From an uncultured delta proteobacterium (lineage in GTDB: Bacteria; Desulfobacterota; Zymogenia; Zymogenales; Zymogenaceae), in the NCBI GenBank assembly GCA_963792965.1, contig CAWBYW010000007.1, forward strand, positions 544,001 through 608,000: a stretch of DNA of 64,000 bases. Direction: 5' to 3'. This document shows positions 1 through 9,510 of this stretch, piece after piece (within the stretch, counting starts at the first letter, position 1; every line of letters begins with the position of its first letter). Made by a program: the position numbers and the translations under genes. The notes beneath the pieces were generated by a model, which made no database searches, was not told the origin of the DNA, and saw only the letters and a list, made by a program, of their open reading frames with translations.

Positions 1-50
1 GAGAAGGGGATCCTGTTTGATCGGATCGTCCCCCTGTAGAGAGGAACACG

Positions 51-1094
51 ATGGAAAAGCTTCGGCTGACCCAGTGTGCCAAGGCGGCCGGCTGAGCCGC
101 TAAGACGGCCCCCGGGCCGCTGGCGCAGGTCATGCGCACGCTGAAAGATCTATTCCCCCGAGAGAAGTTTCCCAACCTGCTGGTCGGCATGGACGATGGA
201 GACGACGCAGCGGTCTATCGTGTCAATGAACATACCGCCCTCATCTTCACGCTCGACTTTTTCACCCCGGTGGTCGATGAGCCTTACGACTTCGGTATGA
301 TCGCCGCCGCAAACTCCATGTCCGACGTCTACGCCATGGGCGGGGACGTGACGTTGGCCCTCAACATCTGCTGTTTTCCCAAGGATATGTCGCCGGAGGT
401 TACCTCGCAAATCCTCCGCGGCGGGGCCGACAAGGTCATCGAGGCCGGTGGGATCCTCTCCGGCGGCCACACCATCAACGACGACGAGCCGAAGTACGGC
501 CTTGCGGTTATCGGCTTTGTTCACCCCAAGAAGTATCTCACCAAGGCGGGGGCAAAACCGGGGGACGTGCTCGTCCTGACTAAGCCCCTCGGCGTCGGAA
601 TAATTACGACGGCTCTAAAGGGGGCCCAGGCCAGGGCCGATCACGTCCGCGAGGCGACCGAGTGGATGGGACGGCTCAACCGTAAATCGTCGATCATTTT
701 CCGGGAGGCCGGGGTGAACGCGCTGACCGACGTAACGGGCTTTGCCTTGATGGGCCACTCGCTGGAGATCGCAAACCACAGCGGCGTCCTCCTGCGATTT
801 TTTTCGGACAAGATCCCGTTCCTTGGTGGCGCCCACGACTACGCCGCCGAGTGGCTCTTCCCGGGAGGCACGGCGACAAACAGGCAGGCCTACGACCGGG
901 AGGTCCGGTTCGTAGGCGCAATCCCCGACGAAACCCAGGAGCTCCTCTTCACGCCGGAAACCTCGGGGGGGCTGCTTGCCGCGGTATCGAAGAAGAAGCT
1001 CGGGCTCATCCGATCGCGCTTCGCCGACGCGGGAGAGTCGCTCTGGGTGATCGGCGAGGTCGGCGAGGGGCGCGGCATCGAGGTGGTGGGTTAG
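51..1094 (+). CDS. selD: Selenide, water dikinase (selenophosphate synthetase), selenocysteine-containing
   Basis: RBS GAGGA then ATG at 51; reads MEKLRLTQCAKAAG-UGA(93-95)-AAK, in frame with ORF 132..1094. Motifs DDAAV, DFFTP, ANSMSDVYAMGG, GGHT, TDVTGF, ETSGGLL are present. Confidence 0.95.
106..119 (+). promoter_or_regulatory. Putative bacterial SECIS hairpin
   Basis: CGGCC-CCCG-GGCCG stem-loop starting at the 11th nucleotide after the in-frame UGA of selD. Confidence 0.6.
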
Positions 1095-1158
1095 CCGGCG
1101 CCCGGCGGCATCCGGACAAGAGGCCTAACACAACAACCCCTATATGAGAGGAATTAGT

Positions 1159-1434
1159 ATGGACGACAAAGAAGCGTACAACAGAGCCGAAAAAAGAGTA
1201 GGAGACAAAATGGGTTTCTATACTCATTTCGGTGTCTACGTTATCGTCTGCGTGGTGCTCTACGTTATTAATCAAGTAACCAGTCCCAACGGGTACCAGT
1301 GGTTCATCTGGCCCGTCCTCGGCTGGGGTATCGCAATCCTTTTTCACTTCATGAGTGTTTTTGTCCTCTCCGGCAGTCTAAAAGAGCGGATGATCGAAAA
1401 AGAGCTGGAGCGACAGAAGCGAAAACAGGGATAG
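1159..1434 (+). CDS. 2TM domain-containing small membrane protein
   Basis: Pattern AEKRV..KMGFYTHFGVYVIV..WFIWPVLGWGIAILFH; two hydrophobic helices; RBS GAGGA. Confidence 0.8.
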   Translation: MDDKEAYNRAEKRVGDKMGFYTHFGVYVIVCVVLYVINQVTSPNGYQWFIWPVLGWGIAILFHFMSVFVLSGSLKERMIEKELERQKRKQG

Positions 1435-1555
1435 GAAATACGTCGGCGGCGGCCTCATCGTCCCCCGGCTCGCCGACGCCGATGGGACGTCCCAACCCCC
1501 CTCTTTCCCCGATCCTTTATGCCGACAGCCCCTTTGCGGCCATAGCGGGTAATTC

Positions 1556-1584
1556 TTGACGCATGATTTCCATTATGGTAATAT
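1556..1584 (+). promoter_or_regulatory. Sigma70-type promoter
   Basis: TTGACG-17 nt-TAATAT upstream of ORF 1632. Confidence 0.5.
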
Positions 1585-1631
1585 TAGAAAAATTCGATCG
1601 TATAGCGTAATTACCCTGCCCTGGGGCATGC

Positions 1632-3272
1632 ATGGCCACCGATAAGGAAGAGCGCAAGAATAGTGTCACGACCGACAAGGGCGTCCGTTCACAAAACGGA
1701 ACGGGTGATCCTGCCGTTGCGAAAGACACTGCGCTCTTGAGCGCCGACGATATCCTCACGCCGGAGATCAAGAAATACCAGGCGATGCTCGAAGAGAACC
1801 CCGCCTCCCGCGTCTTCGCGTCTCTCGCGGAGCTCTACCGTAAGCGCGGAATGCTCGACGAGGCGATCAGCCTCTCCCTCAAGGGTCTGCGCACCCACCC
1901 TGCTTACGTCAGCGGGCGGGTCGTACTCGGGCGGGCCTACTTCGACAAGGGAATGTTAAAAGAGTCCGCCGAGGTGCTTGAAAAAGTCGTCGAGGTAAAT
2001 CCCGATCACCTCATGGCCAACAAGGTCCTCGGCGACGTATCGCTCATGAAGGGCGATACCGAAAAGGCCAGGGACTACTTCGAGCGCGTCCTGGCGCTGG
2101 CTCCGGAAGACCTCGAGGTTATGAAGAAACTCGAGCCGATGCGAGCGAGGCAAGACCCGGACCGTCGGCCGACGCCCGAACCGGCCCAAGAGGTCATCGA
2201 GGGGGAGTCCCTCGAAATCGTCGATCACGACCGGATCGCCACCAGGATAATGGAGGCGCAGATTGTCCAGGATCTCGACGAGGCCCCGGACCAGACGCCG
2301 GGCCCCGGCATCGATCTGAGCGTCGACGAGATATCCGCAATCCTCGTCAAGGCCGGCCGGCAGATCGGTGACATTCGATCGAGCCGCGAGGTAGGCGACG
2401 AAAGCGGCCGGGATTCCTTCTTCCCGATACGTAAGGTTTCCGAGACGGCGCCTCTTCCCTCCGGAGAGCTTCCACCACTCTTTTCGGCGATCGAGCACAT
2501 CCAGATCGGGATCATCATCACCGACCTCGACGGCAAGATACACTACGCCAACCCGTCCGTGGCCGTCATGCATGGATGGGAGCCCAATGAGCCCGCCGGC
2601 CGCCACCTTTCGGATTTCTTCCCGCCCGGAATCTTCCAGTCCATCACGATGCACGAGATCCTCGAAAAAAAGAGCCTCACGCGGGATACCGTCAACATAA
2701 AAAGGGATAGATCGGTCTTTCCGGTGAGGATGACCTACGACATCGTGGAGAACGACAACAATGAGCCGACCTTTATCATCGTCAGCATGGACGATCTGAC
2801 CAAGCACGCCGAGATCGACGAGAGCCTCTGGGAGTATGCCGTCAAGGACGTGCAGACGGGACTCTTCAACCGTCGCCACTTCGTCACTAAGATCGGTGAG
2901 GAGAAAAAGCGTGCCGAGCGGATGGACTATCCCCTCTGCCTCATGGTCTTTGCGATCCCGAATTTCAAATCATACCTGAACCTGCGGGGTGATAAGTCGG
3001 CCGATAAGGCGCTTTCGGAAATCGGAAAGATCACTCGGCGCTCGATCAGAAAGGAGGTGGACAGCGCCTACCGGTTCGGCGAAGATGAGTTCGCGGTGAT
3101 CCTGCCGACGGCCACCGAAGAAAAGGCGAAGATCGTCGTCAACCGTCTGAGGGAAAAGGTAAAAAAGAAGCTCCCGGATATCGAGATCAGGATCGGCACG
3201 GCCTCCCTTGCCGACCACGGGTCGGTTGAAGAGCTGATCGCCGCGGCGGAAAAGGCGATGTACCAGACATAG
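1632..3272 (+). CDS. TPR-PAS-degenerate GGDEF domain protein
   Basis: N-terminal TPR helices, PAS (IIITDLDGKIHYANP), C-terminal DVQTGLFNRRHF...RFGEDEF. Confidence 0.85.
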   Translation: MATDKEERKNSVTTDKGVRSQNGTGDPAVAKDTALLSADDILTPEIKKYQAMLEENPASRVFASLAELYRKRGMLDEAISLSLKGLRTHPAYVSGRVVLGRAYFDKGMLKESAEVLEKVVEVNPDHLMANKVLGDVSLMKGDTEKARDYFERVLALAPEDLEVMKKLEPMRARQDPDRRPTPEPAQEVIEGESLEIVDHDRIATRIMEAQIVQDLDEAPDQTPGPGIDLSVDEISAILVKAGRQIGDIRSSREVGDESGRDSFFPIRKVSETAPLPSGELPPLFSAIEHIQIGIIITDLDGKIHYANPSVAVMHGWEPNEPAGRHLSDFFPPGIFQSITMHEILEKKSLTRDTVNIKRDRSVFPVRMTYDIVENDNNEPTFIIVSMDDLTKHAEIDESLWEYAVKDVQTGLFNRRHFVTKIGEEKKRAERMDYPLCLMVFAIPNFKSYLNLRGDKSADKALSEIGKITRRSIRKEVDSAYRFGEDEFAVILPTATEEKAKIVVNRLREKVKKKLPDIEIRIGTASLADHGSVEELIAAAEKAMYQT

Positions 3273-3342
3273 GTGTTTTGTTACGGCGCCGCGAGCTTAG
3301 GGGAGATGGAATTGCAGCACCTCCACTTTCCCCACCCGAGCT

Positions 3343-3699
3343 TCATCTGATCAACCCGGACAGGAAAATTCCCAGAATCACATGCAAAAGACCGCTAAAC
3401 ACAGATATGATGACCGTGATTATAGACGAAAGCACGGTGATCGACACGGACAGAATAATGACGAATGCCACACCGATGATCAAGAACTTGACGGCGCGCG
3501 CGCTTGTCTGCTCGTCGACCGGAGCATCTGAGCCGGCCGTATCGAGCCGAGTTGTTCCCTTCCGTGCATCGAGGATCAGTACCGAGCCGCCGCAATGGTC
3601 GCACTGAGCCTTCTCCTTATCCGGGGAAACCTGCAGTGTGGCCCCGCAACTCGGGCACTTCAACTCGATCATTCGCACGTCTTGTCCGCCGTCCGTCAT
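3343..3699 (-). CDS. Zinc-ribbon protein with C-terminal membrane segment (paralog 1)
   Basis: CPSCGATL...CDHCG followed by a long hydrophobic C-terminus; start chosen by alignment with paralog 2. Confidence 0.7.
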   Translation of the reverse strand: MTDGGQDVRMIELKCPSCGATLQVSPDKEKAQCDHCGGSVLILDARKGTTRLDTAGSDAPVDEQTSARAVKFLIIGVAFVIILSVSITVLSSIITVIISVFSGLLHVILGIFLSGLIR

Positions 3700-3807
3700 T
3701 GGCAGCAACCCCTTTACCGTTGATCCGCCACCTGCACCCACCTACCGACAATCCTTCAAAAGGATACTCCACCCGAGGCGCGGAAACGCTTAGATATCGT
3801 CTCGAGC

Positions 3808-4140
3808 TCATTTGAACAGGCCGAAGAACACGATCCCCAAAACTACGAGCGTCATCACCCCGATAATTATGACGGAAATCAGAATGGGGGCCACGAAGGT
3901 GGCGGCGAAACCGAGGAGGGCAATCTTGACGACGCGCTTCTCGGTCTCCTCGTCAACGACCCCGGACTCCGGCGGAGTCTCGACCTCCTTCGATTCCCTT
4001 TTCGCATCGACGATCAATACCGAGCTGCCGCAATGGTCGCATTGAGCCCTTTCCATATGCGGGGAAACCTGCAGAGTCGCCCCGCAATTCGGGCATTTCA
4101 ACACAATCATTCGCACATCGTTTCCGTCGTCCACCATCAT
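3808..4140 (-). CDS. Zinc-ribbon protein with C-terminal membrane segment (paralog 2)
   Basis: CPNCGATL...CDHCG; RBS GGAG before ATG 4140; hydrophobic C-terminus. Confidence 0.75.
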   Translation of the reverse strand: MMVDDGNDVRMIVLKCPNCGATLQVSPHMERAQCDHCGSSVLIVDAKRESKEVETPPESGVVDEETEKRVVKIALLGFAATFVAPILISVIIIGVMTLVVLGIVFFGLFK

Positions 4141-4255
4141 TGGTATCTCCGGTACGTTTTCTTCGCTCAGCCGCGCCAGATGATATCGAAACAAACGGTC
4201 CTTTCGGACAACTGGGTCAAGGAGCCGACGCTGCGGCTCTCCGAAGCCGTTTCAG

Positions 4256-4481
4256 CTAGAGGCCCAAGAAAGACAGGAGAACGAGCAAGCCGTGGCAGAA
4301 GCCCGAGGCAATGGTAACGTATGCCACGCGTGAGTGCCATTTCATCGGGATGACCCGGATCCTGCGCTTATTGAGGATCGAGATGGCTGCAGTCAAGAGG
4401 AGAAGGAGAATACGTGAGAATGCCCAAATAGATCACGACCGGGATGCCGAGGATTATATAGCCTGCGATTGACTGAAACAT
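4256..4481 (-). CDS. Small membrane protein with one apparent +1 indel (not in ORF track)
   Basis: RBS AAGGAG, ATG 4481; removing one base near 4410 gives MFQSIAGYIILGIPVVIYLGILTYLLLLLTAAISILNKRRIRVIPMKWHSRVAYVTIASGFCHGLLVLLSFLGL*. Confidence 0.6.
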
Positions 4482-4567
4482 GACGGCTCCTTATAATAGT
4501 TTTCAACTCTAAAAAGGATACTACGGATTAAAAAGGATGTCAAACCGTATGTGCCAAGCCGTCCCAC

Positions 4568-4604
4568 AAAAGAAAGGGGGAGCATTTCGCTCCCCCTTTC
4601 TTCT
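4568..4604. terminator. Intrinsic terminator downstream of the thiolase gene
   Basis: GAAAGGGGGAGC-ATTTC-GCTCCCCCTTTC hairpin with A-rich and T-rich flanks. Confidence 0.75.
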
Positions 4605-4657
4605 TAATAGCTATCCCCCCGCTCATGGCACGCGGGACGATGTCGATCGGTCTTCCC

Positions 4658-5856
4658 TTACAGGCCCACGATGGATACCGAGCAGACGCTCATTGCCGGG
4701 AAACCGCCGAGGTTGTGGGTGAGGCCGAACTTCGGGTTCTTGATCTGGCGCTCGCCCGCCCGGCCCAGCAGCTGATTGTACATCTCGTAGAGCATGCGGA
4801 TGCCGGAGGCGCCGATCGGATGGCCGAAGCACTTGAGGCCGCCGTCCGGCTGGCACGGGAGCTTTCCCTTGAGGTCGTAGAAGCCCGCGCTGATATCCTC
4901 GATGGACTTGCCGCGCGGCGAGATCTGGAGGTCCTCATAGGTGGCAAGCTCGGTGATGGAGAAGCAGTCGTGCACCTCCATCATGCTGAGCTCCTCACGC
5001 GGGTTCTTGATGCCCGCCTCGTCGTAGGCCTTCTGGCCCGCGCGGAGGTCGTCTCGACGTGGGCGCCGTCCCAGCTGTCGTACCACATCTCCTCGCCGGA
5101 CGTAACGGCGATCTGGAGCGCCTTGACGAGGACGGGATTGGTCTTCCGAGCTTCTTGGCGATCTCCGGGGTGGTCACGATTGCGGCGGCCGATCCGTCCG
5201 ATACGCCGCAGCAGTCAAACAGGCCCAGCGGCCATGCGATGATCGGCGCGGCCATGATCTGATCAACGGTAACGGCCTTCCTGCAGGTGGGCCTTCGGGT
5301 TGAGGGCGCCGTTGGCGTGGCTCTTGGCCGAGATCTTGGCCAGGCCCATCTTCAACTCCTCGGGCTTAACCCCGTACTTTGCCATGTAGCCGGTCGCCAT
5401 GAGGGCGAAGGATCCGGGCGCCGTGGCATTGGGCATGAAGAGCCGGTTAAAGGTCCCCATCGCCGTTCCGAAATCGGGAAGACCGCCGTATCCGGTGTCT
5501 TTCAGCTTCTCGGCGCCCAGCGCGAGCGCGATGTCGCACGCGCCGGAGGCGACGGCATAGACGGCGCCGCGGAAAGCCTCGGTGCCGCTGGCGCAGAAGT
5601 TCTCCACGCGGGTCGCGCCGATGTACGGCAGCTTCAGGGTCATCGGGAGCGCCAGGGCGCTCTTGCCGACGTTTACTTCGTCAAAGCAGACGCCGAACCA
5701 CGAGGCGTCGATATCTTTCTTTTCAATCCCCGCATCGGCGAGGGCCTCGCCGAACGACTCGACGATCAGGTCCTCAGCGGACATATCCCAGCGCTCGCCG
5801 AACCGGGTGCATCCCATCCCGATGATGGCGACTTTATCTCTGATCCCACTTGGCAT
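4658..5856 (-). CDS. SCP2-type thiolase / acetyl-CoA acetyltransferase (split by about 3 indels)
   Basis: ORFs 5263..5856, 4995..5255 and 4658..5086 together give VENFCASG, DCCGVSDGSAA, EVHDCFS, GHPIGASG and HNLGG motifs. Confidence 0.9.
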
Positions 5857-5889
5857 CGTTTTTCTCCTTGTATAGAGTGTCCTCTGTTA

Positions 5890-7344
5890 TTACTTGGCGG
5901 GTACGACTTTCCAGAAGTAGCCGTGAACGCCCCGTTTGTCATCATAATATTTTCTTCTGAAGGAGAGCTTCACCTTCTGGCCAACGGAGAGGTCTTCCAG
6001 CTTGCAGTCGGTGAAGTCGGTCCAGAGCCTTCCGCCCCCCTTGAACCTGATTATACCATAGACCTGCGGGGGGTCATATGAAAAAGCGAGCATGTCTCCG
6101 GTATAGGAGAATATCGTCGCCTCCTTATCGGAGAAGCGATAGTCCTCCATCTGGTCGACGGCGCCGCAATCGGGATTGACACAGATCCGCTGGGGCGGGA
6201 ACTGGGGGGTGTTGCACTCGGTGCACTTGGTGCCGACCAGTGAAAGCACGGCTTTGCGCTTCCTCCAGAGGGTGGAAAAGGCGGTGGGAGCGCTATCCTC
6301 TCCGCGGATGCCCAGCTCCATCGGGATGATGTTTCTGAATACCCCGTACTTCTCGTAGGGGGTAAGCTCCGCCTTGTTTGCCAGCGATCCCTTGATCCCG
6401 GTTATTCCGGAAAGCTTCGTGATCTTGTCGGTTACCTTGAAGAGCAGTGCGTCGCAGCCGCTGCCGAAGCTGGCCATGATGATCTTGTCTCCGGGCTTGG
6501 CGTCCTGGAGCGCCGACACCATCATGACGAGCGGATGGGCGGTGCCGGTATCGCCGGTAACGGCGTGCATGTTGTCGTGGATTGCCTCGGGCTTGAACCC
6601 GAGCTTCGTCCCGATGTTCTTGTGGTCTCTGCCGAAGTAGCACGGGTAGACGACCTTTGCCACCTCGTCGGCCTTGGTCCCGGTCTTCTTGAGAAGTCCG
6701 TTGATTGCCTCGGGGATGAACCGGGTATACCCCTCGTCCCTGATCCAGCGCTCTTCCCAGGTGCGGTCAAAGGTCTTGCCTTCCCCCCGGAAGTGATCGA
6801 CAAAGTCGTGCGAGACGGAAAACGATCCTAAGAGCTCCGCCACGACATTATCTTTTCCGATGACGAGGCAGCCGGCGCCGTCGCCGTAGAACTGCTCGAC
6901 CATGCTCCCCATCTTGCCGATCCGAAAGTCGGCGGCCAACACCATGATATTGCCCGCTTCACCCGCCTTTACGGCGTCGGAGGCGGCCAGAACCGCGGTA
7001 GTCCCGCCCTTAGTGGCCTCGCCGAAGTCGGCGATACGAATATCGGTCCCGAGGTCCATTGCGGCGGCCGCGATGGCCGCGCACGAGCGCTCTTTGTACG
7101 GAAGGGTTGTTGAGGCGAGGTAAACGCCGTCAATCTTTTTTCGATCGATACCTGAAAGGGCATCCAGTCCGGCGGCAACCGCCATCGTGAGGCTGTCCTC
7201 ATCGTAGTTGGCCACGGCCTTCTCGCCCTGGGCGACGGAGATAGTCACCGGGTTAAACCACCCCATCGCGCCAAATATGTTGAAGCGATTGAGTCTGTAC
7301 CTCGGTACATACCCTCCAAAGGATGTAATGCCTACCATTTCCAT
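5890..7344 (-). CDS. HMG-CoA synthase-like protein fused to a DUF35 (Zn-ribbon/OB-fold) domain
   Basis: GGYVPRYRL, DEDSLTMA, GDGAG, GDTGTA, SFGSG; C-terminal CTECNTPQFPPQRICVNPDC...YFWK. Confidence 0.9.
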   Translation of the reverse strand: MEMVGITSFGGYVPRYRLNRFNIFGAMGWFNPVTISVAQGEKAVANYDEDSLTMAVAAGLDALSGIDRKKIDGVYLASTTLPYKERSCAAIAAAAMDLGTDIRIADFGEATKGGTTAVLAASDAVKAGEAGNIMVLAADFRIGKMGSMVEQFYGDGAGCLVIGKDNVVAELLGSFSVSHDFVDHFRGEGKTFDRTWEERWIRDEGYTRFIPEAINGLLKKTGTKADEVAKVVYPCYFGRDHKNIGTKLGFKPEAIHDNMHAVTGDTGTAHPLVMMVSALQDAKPGDKIIMASFGSGCDALLFKVTDKITKLSGITGIKGSLANKAELTPYEKYGVFRNIIPMELGIRGEDSAPTAFSTLWRKRKAVLSLVGTKCTECNTPQFPPQRICVNPDCGAVDQMEDYRFSDKEATIFSYTGDMLAFSYDPPQVYGIIRFKGGGRLWTDFTDCKLEDLSVGQKVKLSFRRKYYDDKRGVHGYFWKVVPAK

Positions 7345-7467
7345 AGTCTCCTTTTAAAAGTTGAACGCATATGTCTGGCTTCGATTTGTTCTCGCGTGGA
7401 GCGTCCGCTCCGGGGACAAGCGGGGTTTCTGCCGGTGTCCCTTTTCCCTCCGCCGACCGGTGAAGAT

Positions 7468-7518
7468 TGAGCGCCACTCAGTTTACCGATTGAGCCTCGG
7501 TAAACTGAATGACCCTCG
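7468..7518. promoter_or_regulatory. Inverted repeat carrying two putative TetR operator boxes
   Basis: TCAGTTTACCGA-7 nt-TCGGTAAACTGA (7478-7508), overlapped by TGAGCGCCACTCA and TGAATGACCCTCG. Confidence 0.6.
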
Positions 7519-7592
7519 GACTTTTTTTATTATAAATGGGCCTTTTTGTCAAGCTTTTTTGTACAATTGATTTCACTAATGATATTTATCAC

Positions 7593-7635
7593 TTGACAAA
7601 TGGATGGCCGAATCAATATAATTGAGCCCTGCTCG
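7593..7635 (+). promoter_or_regulatory. Sigma70 promoter of the tetR operon plus adjacent operator-like box
   Basis: TTGACA-18 nt-TATAAT immediately followed by TGAGCCCTGCTCG. Confidence 0.65.
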
Positions 7636-7671
7636 GCAATGCTGGGTTATATGTTTCTACAGGGCGTGAAA

Positions 7672-8388
7672 ATGGCCGAAAATACAAAGAAAATGAGCGA
7701 TGCTCAAAAGAACCTCTCGCGGGTAGCCAATGGCCTCAAGACCAATCGGGACCCCGCCGACAAGAGGGAGCGAATCATCGCCGCCGCCGAGAAGATATTC
7801 GCCCAGAAGGGATACTTCGAGACCACGATCGCCGAGATCGCCCGGGACGCGCAGGTGGCCGAGGGGACTATCTACGAATATTTCGCCAACAAGAAGGATC
7901 TCCTGTACGCCGTCCCCGAAAACTACCTTGCCGAGTACGCGGACTTCGTCCTGGATCACCTGCAGGGGATCAAGGGCGCCCTCAACAAGCTCAGAAAGAT
8001 CATCTGGTGCCACCTCTCCTACTTCCGCAACCACAAAGATTTCACCAAGATCATGACGCTGGAGATCCGCATCGATCCCGACTACTACAAGAGCAAGACA
8101 TACGAGAACCTCAAGCTCTATTCGGACCTGATCATCCAGATTATCACCGAGGGGATCAAAGAGGGTGAGATCGCCCCCTCGGTCAACCCTCACATCATAC
8201 GGGATATGATCCTGGGCACCGTTGAGCATGTCTCCATCCCCTGGCTCATCTTCGGGCGGGAGATTCCCATCGACAGCCTCGTCGAGGATATCTCGAGGGC
8301 CATCTTCACGGGCCTTGCGCCGCGCGAAAAGGTCTTGAAGGTCAATCTCAACGGCTTGGTTATGGGCGTGGACGATAAGGAACTATAA
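7672..8388 (+). CDS. TetR/AcrR family regulator (resembles Bacillus FadR/YsiA)
   Basis: HTH IIAAAEKIFAQKGYFETTIAEIARDAQVAEGTIYEYFANKKDLL; start placed downstream of the promoter. Confidence 0.9.
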   Translation: MAENTKKMSDAQKNLSRVANGLKTNRDPADKRERIIAAAEKIFAQKGYFETTIAEIARDAQVAEGTIYEYFANKKDLLYAVPENYLAEYADFVLDHLQGIKGALNKLRKIIWCHLSYFRNHKDFTKIMTLEIRIDPDYYKSKTYENLKLYSDLIIQIITEGIKEGEIAPSVNPHIIRDMILGTVEHVSIPWLIFGREIPIDSLVEDISRAIFTGLAPREKVLKVNLNGLVMGVDDKEL

Positions 8389-8424
8389 GTACTATACAGG
8401 TATTTTTTTCAAGAGGAGGCCCTT

Positions 8425-8898
8425 ATGGCGGACAAATCAAAACTGGGAATGGAATTTTCCCCCTTCACCTACGAAGTAGAGAAGGGAAAGATCGCCGAGT
8501 TTGCCATGGCGATCTCCCAAAAGGAAAGCAAGGAACAGATCGACCAGATCTATGCCAGCAAGGAGGCGGCAAAAAAAGAGGGATACGATGACATCATCAT
8601 CCCCCCGACCTTCCAGACCTGCTTTGCCCTTTGGGGAGGCGGCGGCTTGATGCCGATGATCACGTCCCTCGGCATCAATCTCGGCAGACTCCTGCACGGC
8701 GAGGAGGAATACGAGTACCTCACGCCGATCCATCCGGGAGACGTCATCACCTGCAAGACCAAGGTGGTGGACATGTACCAGAAGGAAAAGAAGAACAAAC
8801 CGGGCAGTTTCATGGAATTTACCGTCCTTGAGACCGAGATGAAAAACCAGAGAGGCGAGGTGGTCATCAAAGGCCGCTCAACCCTCGTCGAACGGTAG
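8425..8898 (+). CDS. MaoC-like dehydratase, N-terminal-type hotdog subunit
   Basis: VEKGKIAEFA, IPPTF, LLHGEEEYEY motifs. Confidence 0.88.
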   Translation: MADKSKLGMEFSPFTYEVEKGKIAEFAMAISQKESKEQIDQIYASKEAAKKEGYDDIIIPPTFQTCFALWGGGGLMPMITSLGINLGRLLHGEEEYEYLTPIHPGDVITCKTKVVDMYQKEKKNKPGSFMEFTVLETEMKNQRGEVVIKGRSTLVER

Positions 8899-8907
8899 GA
8901 GGAAGCC

Positions 8908-9363
8908 ATGGCAAAGGAAGTATATTATAAAGATATCAAGGTCGGCGACGAGATGCCCTCCTTCACCTCTGACCCCATCACGAGGACCCATCTGGTCCGC
9001 TATGCCGGCGCCTCGGGGGACTTCAACCCCCTGCACCACGATAACACCTTCGTGGCGCTCTTCGGTCTGCCCAACGTCATCGCACACGGCATGCTCATCA
9101 TGGGGCTTACCGGAAGGGCCGTCACCAACTGGATCCCCCAGAAGCACCTCAAGAAATATAAGGTCCGCTTCTCCGGGATGACCGATCCCATGGACCTCAA
9201 CGACGCGGCCAACACCACCAAGCGCGCCACGATCACCGTCAAAGGCAAGGTCGTCAAGAAGTGGGAGGAAGGAAAAGACAAGCTCGTCGAATGCGAGATC
9301 GAGTCGGCCGACGGCAACGGCATCGTCAAGCTGACAGGCTCCTTCGTGGCCGCGCTTCCGTAG
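8908..9363 (+). CDS. MaoC-family (R)-specific enoyl-CoA hydratase subunit
   Basis: Hydratase-2 motif YAGASGDFNPLH...IAHGM. Confidence 0.9.
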   Translation: MAKEVYYKDIKVGDEMPSFTSDPITRTHLVRYAGASGDFNPLHHDNTFVALFGLPNVIAHGMLIMGLTGRAVTNWIPQKHLKKYKVRFSGMTDPMDLNDAANTTKRATITVKGKVVKKWEEGKDKLVECEIESADGNGIVKLTGSFVAALP

Positions 9364-9510
9364 CATTCGCATTCATGGGCGGCCAAGCCGCCCGGGTTCT
9401 TAGAGCGCTCGTCTCCCGAAGTCGGCACGAAAACGCGGCCGGGAGACCGCTAAGGGGCGTTATAAAGACAGTGCATAAACCACCATATATCTTTTACAGA
9501 GGAGCGGACA

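Noticed and set aside
1-39. 3' end of an upstream gene (EKGILFDRIVPL*)
   Set aside because: Only 12 codons are visible, so no product can be supported
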